From the NCBI GenBank assembly GCA_029856105.1, contig JAHQWH010000008.1, forward strand, positions 1 through 10,956: a stretch of 10,956 nucleotides of DNA, written 5' to 3'. Position numbers and translations under genes: made by a program. This document shows, in pieces, positions 1 to 7,512 of this stretch (the stretch's first letter is position 1; each line of letters opens with the position of its first letter). The notes under the pieces are model-generated. The model had not been told where the DNA came from. It worked only from the letters and a program-made list of their open reading frames with translations, and did no database searches. Origin of the DNA: Promethearchaeia archaeon. GTDB taxonomy: Archaea; Asgardarchaeota; Lokiarchaeia; Sigyniarchaeales; SOKP01.

Positions 1-670
1 GATTGGGATCAGTCGCCGTCCAAGAAATGCTCTGCCCGGTATATCCCGCTTCCACAGTGAAATTATTAGGGCTAACGGTTATAACCGGATTGGTCGTGTC
101 TTCAACTGTAAAATCGACGCTATCGGTGATGAAATGTCCATAATCGTCTGTGAATTTAACCGTATAAACGTACGATCCTACGCCAAATCCATCGGGGATG
201 TTGTAGTTAATTGCATTTCCGCTCGTCCATGCGGTTTGACCTGCAACTATTCCCGTCCCTAGCAGTTCGATCGTATAATTGTCCGGATTTGCATCAGTTG
301 CCGTCCAAGAAATGCTCTGCCCCGTATATCCCGCTTCCACAGTGAAATTATTAGGGCTAACGGTTATAACCGGATTGGTCGTGTCTTCAACTGTAAAATC
401 GACGCTATCGGTCATGAAATGTCCATAATCGTCTGTGAAGTTAACCGTATAAACGTACGATCCTACGCCAAATCCATCGGGGATGTTGTAGTTAATTGCA
501 TTTCCGCTCGTCCATGCGGTTGGACCTGCAACTATTCCCGTCCCTAGCAGTTCGATCGTATAATTGTCCGGATTTGCATCAGTTGCCGTCCAAGAAATGC
601 TCTGCCCCGTATATCCCGCTTCCACAGTGAAATCGCTCGGAGCGTTTGATATTATCGGGTCTTCCATATC
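1..670 (-). repeat. Tandem 285-nt (95-aa) Ig-like domain repeats: two complete (670-386, 385-101) and one partial (100 to beyond 1)
   Basis: tccacagtga recurs at 51, 336 and 621. Unit: DTTNPVITVSPNNFTVEAGYTGQSISWTATDANPDNYTIELLGTGIVAGPTAWTSGNAINYNIPDGFGVGSYVYTVNFTDDYGHFMTDSVDFTVE. The DTTxP start, WTATD and GSYxYTVxFTDxxG motifs are typical of prokaryotic Ig-like stalk domains. Confidence 0.88.
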
Positions 671-2602
671 AACTCTCTTTCGGACTTGAATGACTGCCAA
701 GCCCGAACTACCATCCGCCAAGTAGGCGTAATCTCCGCTCACGTAAATGCCATATCCAGATCCGGCCGTGTTTTCGTAAACGGGCGTTCCCGGGTTTGTC
801 GGGTCGGAAATGTCGATAACCGCCAAGCCCGAACTACCAGCCGCCAAGTAGGCATAATCTCCGCTCACGTAAACGCCTCGTGCTAATCCGGGCGTATCTA
901 CGTAATTGACCGTTTCCGGGTTTGTCGGGTTGGATATGTTGATAACCGCCAAACCCGAACCATAATCCGCCACATAAGCGTAGTCTCCGCTCACGTAAAT
1001 GCCATGTGCAGTTCCAGTCGTGTCTGCGTAATTGACCGTTTCCGGGTTTGTCGGGTCGGAAATGTTGATAACCGCCAAGCCCGAACTACCATCCGCCAAG
1101 TAGGCGTAATCTCCGCTCACGTAAACATCACGTGCCTCTCCAGTCGTGTCTGCGTAATTGACCGTTTCCGGGTTTGTAGGGTCGGATATATTGATAACCG
1201 CCAAACCCGAAGTGTAATCCGCCACATAGGCGTAATCTCCGCTTAAGTAAACGCCAGCTGCAGATCCAGCCGTATCTGCATAATTGACCGTTTCTGGGTT
1301 TGTCGGGTCGGATATATCGATGACCGCCAAGCCCGAAGGGCCATCCGCCACATAGGCGTAGTCTCCGCTCACGTAAACGCCATATGCCCATCCAGTTGTG
1401 TCATTGTAGACGGGCGTTCCCGGGTTTGTCGGGTCGGATATATCGATGACCGCCAAGCCCGAACTCCAATCCGCTACATAGGCGTAGTCTCCGCTCACGT
1501 AAATTCTTCCTGCAGATCCGGTCGTGGGTTCGTAAACAGGCGTTGCCGGATCTATAGGCTCGGTAATATCGATGACCGCTAACCCCGAACTATAATCCGC
1601 CACATAGGCGTAGTCCCCGCTCACGTAAACGCCACGTGCAAGTCCGGTCGTATCCTCGTAGACAGGCGTTTCCGGGTCTGTCGGGTCGGAAATACCGATG
1701 ACCGCCAAGCCCGAACTATAATCTGCCACATAGGCGTAATCTCCGCTCACGTAAACGCCATATACACCCCCAGTTGTATCTTCGTAGACGGGCGTTCCCG
1801 GGTCTGTCGGGTCGGAAATATCGATGACCGCCAAGCCGAAAAGATCATTCGCCACGTAAGCGTAATCTCCACTCACGTAAACACCATATGCACGTCCGAT
1901 CGTATCTTCGTAAACGGGCATTCCCGGGTTTATCGGGTTGGAAATATCAATGACTGCCAAGCCTGAACCATCATCCGCTACGTAAGCATAATCTCCGCTC
2001 ACGTAAACGCCGTTTGCATATCCTGTCGTGTCTTCGTAGACGGGCGTTCCCGGGTTTGTTGGGTCGGAAATGTTGATAACCGCTAAGCCCGAACCACCAT
2101 TCGCTATGTAGGCGTAATCTCCGCTCACGTAAACATCATACGCAGTTCCGGTCGTTCCTTCGTAAACAGGCGTCCCCGGGTTTGTTGGGTCGGAAATATT
2201 GACGATCGCTAAGCCGGAACTATGATCTGCCACATAGGCGTAATCTCCGCTCACGTACACACTAATTGCAGATCCGGTTGTGTCTTCGTAGACGGGCGTT
2301 CCCGGGTTTGTCGGGTCGAAAATATTGACGACCGCTAACCCCGAAGTACTATCCGCCACGTAGGCGTAATCTCCGCTCACATACACGCCAATTGCAGATC
2401 CGGCCGTGTTTTCGTAGTAAACAGAAGACTCTTGGGGTGTTCGTGTATTAATAATATCGTTAGGATCCCTTTCGTCAATGGGAATTTCGATATCTCTCTG
2501 AATACTTATCAACAAGTTTGGAATTACGATAAACATTGAAATAAATAGAACAATCAGCAAGATATTTATTTTTTTTATTTTTTTTGATTTCCTTCTCATC
2601 AT
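1..2602 (-). CDS. Large secreted or surface-anchored protein: N-terminal signal/TM anchor, 14 LVIVD-type beta-propeller repeats and tandem Ig-like domains (3' end runs off the window)
   Basis: Manual translation gives an open frame from ATG 2602 (or ATG 2599) to the window edge, with SD AGGTGA at 2606-2611. N-terminus MMRRKSKKIKKINILLIVLFISMFIVIPNLL is basic then hydrophobic. It is followed by repeats of VYEDTTGxAxGVYVSGDYAYVADxxSGLAVIDISDPTNPGTP and then 95-aa beta-rich repeats. Absent from the ORF track, presumably because there is no stop in the window. Confidence 0.93.
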   Translation of the reverse strand, partial: MMRRKSKKIKKINILLIVLFISMFIVIPNLLISIQRDIEIPIDERDPNDIINTRTPQESSVYYENTAGSAIGVYVSGDYAYVADSTSGLAVVNIFDPTNPGTPVYEDTTGSAISVYVSGDYAYVADHSSGLAIVNISDPTNPGTPVYEGTTGTAYDVYVSGDYAYIANGGSGLAVINISDPTNPGTPVYEDTTGYANGVYVSGDYAYVADDGSGLAVIDISNPINPGMPVYEDTIGRAYGVYVSGDYAYVANDLFGLAVIDISDPTDPGTPVYEDTTGGVYGVYVSGDYAYVADYSSGLAVIGISDPTDPETPVYEDTTGLARGVYVSGDYAYVADYSSGLAVIDITEPIDPATPVYEPTTGSAGRIYVSGDYAYVADWSSGLAVIDISDPTNPGTPVYNDTTGWAYGVYVSGDYAYVADGPSGLAVIDISDPTNPETVNYADTAGSAAGVYLSGDYAYVADYTSGLAVINISDPTNPETVNYADTTGEARDVYVSGDYAYLADGSSGLAVINISDPTNPETVNYADTTGTAHGIYVSGDYAYVADYGSGLAVINISNPTNPETVNYVDTPGLARGVYVSGDYAYLAAGSSGLAVIDISDPTNPGTPVYENTAGSGYGIYVSGDYAYLADGSSGLAVIQVRKRVDMEDPIISNAPSDFTVEAGYTGQSISWTATDANPDNYTIELLGTGIVAGPTAWTSGNAINYNIPDGFGVGSYVYTVNFTDDYGHFMTDSVDFTVEDTTNPVITVSPNNFTVEAGYTGQSISWTATDANPDNYTIELLGTGIVAGQTAWTSGNAINYNIPDGFGVGSYVYTVKFTDDYGHFITDSVDFTVEDTTNPVITVSPNNFTVEAGYTGQSISWTATDPN
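683..2419 (-). repeat. 14 tandem 126-nt (42-aa) LVIVD-type repeats
   Basis: The Gly codon of the VSGD motif recurs at 734, 860, 986, 1112, 1238, 1364, 1490, 1616, 1742, 1868, 1994, 2120, 2246 and 2372 with no indels. The consensus VxVSGDYAYVAD..SGLAVIDISDP.NP matches the LVIVD repeat pattern. Confidence 0.93.
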
Positions 2603-2649
2603 ATTTCACCTAAAAATTATTGAGTTATGAAAAAAAATAGACAATTATG

Positions 2650-2666
2650 TATTTAACACTTTTGTA
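2650..2666 (-). promoter_or_regulatory. Putative BRE/TATA promoter of the surface-protein gene
   Basis: Minus strand reads TACAAAAGTGTTAAATA about 50 nt upstream of the ATG; a 15/17 identical motif lies at 9304-9320. Confidence 0.5.
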
Positions 2667-2758
2667 TGTAAATCGCATATTAAATACTCTTCATGAAAAT
2701 CCAAAAAACCCCATATGAAAAGTACAAGGGATATATTTCAAATATAAAATATTGAAGA

Positions 2759-2809
2759 CAGCACGATTATATTAACTACTATTATGAACAGAAAGAAAAA
2801 TTTGAGAAT
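2759..2809 (+). pseudogene. Gene fragment copy R1 (QHDYINYYYEQKEKFEN) of an unknown protein
   Basis: Aligns codon for codon with 7579-7629 and 9772-9822; differences fall mainly at third codon positions. Confidence 0.7.
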
Positions 2810-2855
2810 AGAAGGAGTTTAATTAATAGAGTTTTCAATGTCAGATTAATATGAG

Positions 2856-3293
2856 CTACATGAAAGGTCTAAAGTCTCTCTTCTTACCTAATTTGTCCAT
2901 TATGTACGCAGCTCCACCATATGATAATACTGTACCCAAGATGAAAATTATAGTGCTCAATATGCCGTGATACCCACGAAAGGGGGCCCATGGTGCCACA
3001 AAAAGAATGTAATTGACGAAAAGCCATATCGGAAATCCCATAGCCGACGCTCCACCGACTGTCCATATTAATCTATAGATAGTTCTGCTATTTAATTTTC
3101 TGACATAGTAGATACCGAACAGAAAAAGAGGGATTAAGAAAGTTGGAAGAAGTACTCCTATTAGTGGTAGAAATCCTCTGAAATACTCGATCCAGCCCAT
3201 TAATGTTGTACCTATATAAACGCCAATTGTAACCCATAACCAATTCTCAGTAAAATTTTTCCAGATAATCTTAATCTTTTCTTTTACATTCAT
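2856..3293 (-). CDS. Hypothetical membrane protein, about 4 TM helices (145 aa from ATG 3293)
   Basis: The ORF track extends to TTG 3365, which overlaps the upstream gene; ATG 3293 (MNVKEKIKIIW) is the more plausible start. Four hydrophobic segments. Confidence 0.8.
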   Translation of the reverse strand: MNVKEKIKIIWKNFTENWLWVTIGVYIGTTLMGWIEYFRGFLPLIGVLLPTFLIPLFLFGIYYVRKLNSRTIYRLIWTVGGASAMGFPIWLFVNYILFVAPWAPFRGYHGILSTIIFILGTVLSYGGAAYIMDKLGKKRDFRPFM

Positions 3294-3324
3294 TCCCAAT
3301 AACACTGAATTTTGCAAACACTCT

Positions 3325-3546
3325 TTATTTTTTCTTTTTACATTTTTTATAAAATCTAATACCAAGAAAACCTATTAATATACCAACTATTTCTGATAAA
3401 AGAGGGAATGGATTGTAGTAAACAAAAAGGAAAATCATCCCAATAGTCATTATAATGGTCATAGCACAAATACTAACGGTCAACCATTTTAACCTTTCGC
3501 CGATTTCTTCTTTATTCCAATAATCTTTTTCTTCTGTTTTTACCAT
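3325..3546 (-). CDS. Small hypothetical 2-TM membrane protein (73 aa)
   Basis: ATG start, two hydrophobic helices, Lys-rich tail consistent with the positive-inside rule, co-oriented with neighbours. Confidence 0.7.
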   Translation of the reverse strand: MVKTEEKDYWNKEEIGERLKWLTVSICAMTIIMTIGMIFLFVYYNPFPLLSEIVGILIGFLGIRFYKKCKKKK

Positions 3547-3705
3547 ACTTTATTCAATTTTCTTAATTTGACTAATTTGTAAGATTCAAAGTAAGTTAAT
3601 AAACGTTGTGTACTACCTAAGCAGATAATTAAATACGATTCTTCTTGAACAGTCTAGTTTTTTGAATCTGAATTAAAGGTTTCTAATTATATGATTTTTA
3701 TTTAA

Positions 3706-3975
3706 TTAATCTCTAATTTTAAATAATATTAAGTAAAATAATAGAATTAAACCCCCTATTGTAAGAATGGCCCCTAAAACAATTAGATCATAAATCCATT
3801 TAAGTATAGAAGGTTTGGCAGATACCAAATAAGGTAGATATTCTGCGGGGGTTGAATTTAATTTAATAATCAGAAATATTGATAACGATACTATTAAAAT
3901 TGTTCCTAATAGGATTATTACTAAAGCAAAATAGAATAAACTGTTTAATTTGATATGCATTTTTAATGAGTTCAT
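3706..3975 (-). CDS. Small hypothetical 2-TM membrane protein (89 aa)
   Basis: Two long hydrophobic segments; BRE/TATA-like GAAAAAAAAATATAAAT about 25 nt upstream of ATG 3975. Confidence 0.7.
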   Translation of the reverse strand: MNSLKMHIKLNSLFYFALVIILLGTILIVSLSIFLIIKLNSTPAEYLPYLVSAKPSILKWIYDLIVLGAILTIGGLILLFYLILFKIRD

Positions 3976-4091
3976 TATCTTCTTAGATTCAACTAAAATT
4001 TATATTTTTTTTTCTATATATATTGAATAGTATGAAGTTGTATGGCCCTTGTCTTACCATACCAATGAAAAACGATAAACCTAACTCTAAT

Positions 4092-4505
4092 TTAGTAATA
4101 CAACCACTTCAAAGTTTCTGGAATTAGGACAATGTAAAAAAGAAAACTTTCTAGAATCATTTCTATGATGACGATTATGAGAATAATGACTAAGGATTCT
4201 TGCGTATTTTGTTTATATACAAACTTAAAAATCTTAACACCAAGAAAGATATTAATAAAGAATGTTACGATTACGAGTATAATCGGATAAAGTATATAAG
4301 TTTGAGAAAAGGGGTCAAGAACTAGATCAAGAATGAGATTCGTTATTATCAATATGAGGAATATTACTGTTCTCCAACAAAGAATAAAGTATATAGAGAT
4401 TCTAAATCGATAGACCCACCCCTTTTTCCTTTCATACCAATTGATAAGGATTATCCCGATTATAATGATTATGTTATAGCGTAAAAACTCAGTGATTATG
4501 TCCAT
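4092..4505 (-). CDS. Hypothetical membrane protein, about 4 TM helices (137 aa)
   Basis: Ile/Leu/Phe-rich ORF with four hydrophobic segments; SD-like AAGGT about 8 nt upstream of the ATG. Confidence 0.8.
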   Translation of the reverse strand: MDIITEFLRYNIIIIIGIILINWYERKKGWVYRFRISIYFILCWRTVIFLILIITNLILDLVLDPFSQTYILYPIILVIVTFFINIFLGVKIFKFVYKQNTQESLVIILIIVIIEMILESFLFYIVLIPETLKWLYY

Positions 4506-4553
4506 AATAGTCTTACCTTTTTTCTTGCACCATCTAAGAATAATTTCATCTAT

Positions 4554-6020
4554 TCATTCACGAGATTTAATTGAAGGAAGGGTTTTTTTTATTGTATATA
4601 CAATCACAACTAAAATAAGGCAAATAATGACAGTCATAGCTGGAAAGCTAAATAACAAATATGAGTTGAGTGCGTAAGGGTCTTGTAAAAATACTTGAGC
4701 ATTCATGTTCATTAGTAACAACTGAAAAATGTATAAACCAACTAATCCACTACTGACAGAAAGTAATATGACTGAATATGTCTTGGATAAGTGAAACCTA
4801 AACCAATTAGTTTTAAATTCCCTAGAGTTATCAATATTTTCGATAATATTATCTAAACGATGGTTTTTTAATATTTTTCCAATTGGATAATAACAGAAAA
4901 TTATAATCATGATTAATATAATATCAAATAAATTAGGGCCAAATAGTGTAAAACCAGTAGCACCTCCAAATAAAAGAATAAAAGTTAGATAGACATAAGT
5001 GAAAAAAACAATGTAGAGAAGTGCTAAAGATAGTAAAATTAATGCTCTATGAGGAGTTAATTTTACTTGAAACCACGAAAGCTCATCAGAAGTTTTCATT
5101 TCTTTATAATTTTGTTCTTTAAGAAAAAAACTAGTGATCATGAGAGCTAAACAAATACACAGAAAACTTATCGTTTTAATGAAGTCTTCATTTTGGTATG
5201 GATTAGGAGCATTGGAAGATAATCCTAAAAGAGATGATATTTCATAAGTGAATAATGCGAGGTGACAAAAGATCCTAGCTGAAAGGAGAATAAACACCAT
5301 AAAAGAAGCGATAAAAATAAGAAGACTATAATTCTTAATAATTTTCTTTGAAGGATTCATGGGTTTGCCTCTTCGAACTACATATAGACTGTAAAGACAA
5401 AGCAAAAAGAATGTTGCCTTTATTGCAAGTGGAACATTGTCTAACAAAATTTCATGCGAAGTTGCTTGATATAAACCCTCTGGAATCCAACAAAGCGATT
5501 CAAGCAACCCAAATCCAAATGAAGGATACAAAATTGATTCTAAAAAAAGTTGTACTATGAAAAATATCCCTACTAATGATGCACTAAATATAAATAACGA
5601 CTGGCCGTGAGATATTTTTAAACCAAGCCAGTTCACAATTCTTTCTTGATGAATGATTTTTCCTTTAATCTTGTGCTTGGCATTTTTGTGCCTTAAAATT
5701 TTTTTTAAAGCATAGATGCTTAGGATAAGATATATGGTAGATATAATTATGCTTATAAGAGGTCGGAATAAAGGGTAGATCAGATAATTTTCATGATAGT
5801 GTTGTGGTTCAGACAAGTAAGCAGGAAGAATGGAGAATAGGAACTGAAATAAATTGAGGAAAATATCTCCAGCTAAAGTAAAGGGGAGCATAAAAATACC
5901 TATAAGGGATAAAATCAAAAATAAACTGGTTTGCGAACGATTTAATTCAAATTTGAATAGTGTCATTGGAGAGTAGTTTAAATGTGATTCTTGTTTTTCT
6001 TTAACTTCCATAATGATCAT
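4554..6020 (-). CDS. Hypothetical polytopic membrane protein (about 10 TM) built from five degenerate 2-TM units
   Basis: 488-aa ORF with a recurring motif ahead of each helix pair (LFKFELNRSQ, NWLGLKISHGQS, SWFQVKLTPHRA, NWFRFHLSKTYS). Confidence 0.88.
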   Translation of the reverse strand: MIIMEVKEKQESHLNYSPMTLFKFELNRSQTSLFLILSLIGIFMLPFTLAGDIFLNLFQFLFSILPAYLSEPQHYHENYLIYPLFRPLISIIISTIYLILSIYALKKILRHKNAKHKIKGKIIHQERIVNWLGLKISHGQSLFIFSASLVGIFFIVQLFLESILYPSFGFGLLESLCWIPEGLYQATSHEILLDNVPLAIKATFFLLCLYSLYVVRRGKPMNPSKKIIKNYSLLIFIASFMVFILLSARIFCHLALFTYEISSLLGLSSNAPNPYQNEDFIKTISFLCICLALMITSFFLKEQNYKEMKTSDELSWFQVKLTPHRALILLSLALLYIVFFTYVYLTFILLFGGATGFTLFGPNLFDIILIMIIIFCYYPIGKILKNHRLDNIIENIDNSREFKTNWFRFHLSKTYSVILLSVSSGLVGLYIFQLLLMNMNAQVFLQDPYALNSYLLFSFPAMTVIICLILVVIVYTIKKTLPSIKSRE

Positions 6021-6097
6021 TCTTTATTTTTTAATGCTTAATTGTTTGATTAATTTAAAAAGATTCAGTACTTATAGTTGTCATACAAAACAGCTTA

Positions 6098-6115
6098 TAT
6101 GTCTTATAAGACATA
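6098..6115. promoter_or_regulatory. Perfect 18-bp palindrome TATGTCTTATAAGACATA, candidate operator
   Basis: Located in the middle of the divergent intergenic region between the 488-aa membrane gene and the wHTH-like gene. Confidence 0.6.
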
Positions 6116-6204
6116 AACGTTGTTTAATAAAAATAAATACATAAACTCATATAAGTTAGGTATAGAAGGTTTTAATAATCAGCATACTCTGTTCTATACT
6201 TAGG

Positions 6205-6666
6205 ATGAATTCTATTACTGATTTTCTAGAAAAATATAATTTAGATAGTTTTGATGAAGCGCTAGAACTTAGAGGTAATGATAAAGTCACCTTTTTTAAT
6301 GATCTAATTTCTCTATTAAGCTCAGTTTGCAGGATTTTTGATAAATTAACAACAGTATTTTCCCTTAGGGGCGGGCAAGTATTAATGAGTCTAGCAAAAT
6401 TACAGGATTATGAAGATATTATATCCAAAACGGATGTAATGAACTGTTTAAATATCGATCGGCGCGAAAAATTGATCCATGCTTTTGATGTTTTACTAGA
6501 GCATAATTACATTAAGATCAAGAAAAAAACTAGCAAATTTCACATGGTTAAATTGAATGAACAAGATAATCCCGATTTTGCATTATTTCGCGAAATTGTT
6601 CAAAGATTTTGGACTTCACCTCAGGAGGAAAAAGATAAAGCAAAATCATGGAGTGGAATAGAATGA
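6205..6666 (+). CDS. Putative winged helix-turn-helix DNA-binding protein (MarR/ArsR-like fold)
   Basis: GQVLMSLAKL..ISKTDVMNCLNI..REKLIHAFDVLLEHNYIKIKK..FHMVKLN shows a three-helix plus wing pattern. The fold call is by pattern recognition only. Confidence 0.65.
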   Translation: MNSITDFLEKYNLDSFDEALELRGNDKVTFFNDLISLLSSVCRIFDKLTTVFSLRGGQVLMSLAKLQDYEDIISKTDVMNCLNIDRREKLIHAFDVLLEHNYIKIKKKTSKFHMVKLNEQDNPDFALFREIVQRFWTSPQEEKDKAKSWSGIE

Positions 6667-7511
6667 AGAGTCAGAACCGAAAATTACTAGAAATTAATTT
6701 TGAGAATAACGAAAATACAACTCAATTTTTTACCTTGATTAAAACTGAATATTTAAAAAATTTATATCAAACATATTTTTGGTTAATTTTACTTGTTATT
6801 ATGTATGTAGTGTATCAGTTAATCACGACTCCTTTTAATCAAACCACTACAATATTCATTGTGGATCAAGTCATTATTAGTGTACTTTTTTCTTTCTATT
6901 TATTAATCCACTTTTTCAATTTAACCTATGTCAGATTTACACCTACAATTATAAATTTTCTTGAAAAAGAGTTACGCATGTTAGACTATAAGATTCAAAG
7001 AAAATATAAGATTAGACCCTCCAATTTTTTGTTTATTTGTGTTTCTATTATTGTATTTATATTCTTTACAATTGGTATTTACTATTCTTCTAATATTAAT
7101 GTAATTTCCCTTATTATGAGATTACTAATTGTATATCTTTTTACATGTATTACAATACCAGTACTTCGTGGGAGGTTACATGATATTTTTCTGGTAAACC
7201 TAAGAAATTCATATTTTGTTCAAATAGAACTGCAACTTAAATTAATTAAACATAAAGAAGTAGAATCTCAAATGGTTAAGATTTTTATGACCTCAAATAA
7301 ATTAGGTCCAAAAGAAGATCAGCCCGGACATGCTCTTTATAATAAAATAAGTGAAAAAAGATGGCTTCAAAGGAAAGATAACAAAATTTTACCTCGTTTT
7401 ATTTCTAGTGATTATCTCTTTTTTCATGAATATGCAACTTTAATAAACTTCAAGGAACAAATTTTGAATGTTGTCTCAGCAATTCGAGAGTGGGATATAA
7501 CTAAAAGTTGA
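6663..7511 (+). CDS. Hypothetical membrane protein (4 TM plus soluble C-terminal domain), translationally coupled to the wHTH gene
   Basis: ATG 6663 overlaps the upstream TGA (ATGA) and has SD GGAGTGG at 6650-6656, so it is preferred over the track start at 6648. Confidence 0.85.
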   Translation: MKSQNRKLLEINFENNENTTQFFTLIKTEYLKNLYQTYFWLILLVIMYVVYQLITTPFNQTTTIFIVDQVIISVLFSFYLLIHFFNLTYVRFTPTIINFLEKELRMLDYKIQRKYKIRPSNFLFICVSIIVFIFFTIGIYYSSNINVISLIMRLLIVYLFTCITIPVLRGRLHDIFLVNLRNSYFVQIELQLKLIKHKEVESQMVKIFMTSNKLGPKEDQPGHALYNKISEKRWLQRKDNKILPRFISSDYLFFHEYATLINFKEQILNVVSAIREWDITKS

Positions 7512-7512
7512 G

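Noticed and set aside
1241-1250. Apparent stop (gcttaagt) in blade 10
   Set aside because: On the coding minus strand it reads TAC-TTA-AGC (Y-L-S); the frame is intact.
686-1391. Track ORFs 686..886 (+), 1004..1246 (+) and 1128..1391 (-)
   Set aside because: Antisense or out-of-frame shadows of the LVIVD repeat gene; their repetitiveness only mirrors the 126-nt repeat.
683-2419. Regularly spaced conserved motif (ggcgtaatctccgctcacgtaaac) as a CRISPR array
   Set aside because: The intervening sequence is also homologous, the period is exactly 42 codons, and the whole array is an open coding frame.
2569-2585. Two A8 runs in the signal-peptide region as phase-variation tracts
   Set aside because: Explained by Lys/Ile codons; similar or longer A runs occur in rps4 and elsewhere, and the frame is intact.
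2691-2758. Possible upstream extension of R1 similarity (TCATGAAAA...ACCCC..ATATGAAAAGTACA versus R3)
   Set aside because: Requires several gaps in AT-rich sequence and cannot be separated from chance by eye.
2884-3066. 60-aa alternative-frame ORF
   Set aside because: Nested inside the better-supported membrane protein gene.
4492-5560. Plus-strand ORFs 4492..4677 and 5348..5560
   Set aside because: Antisense to the 488-aa membrane gene, with no recognisable features.
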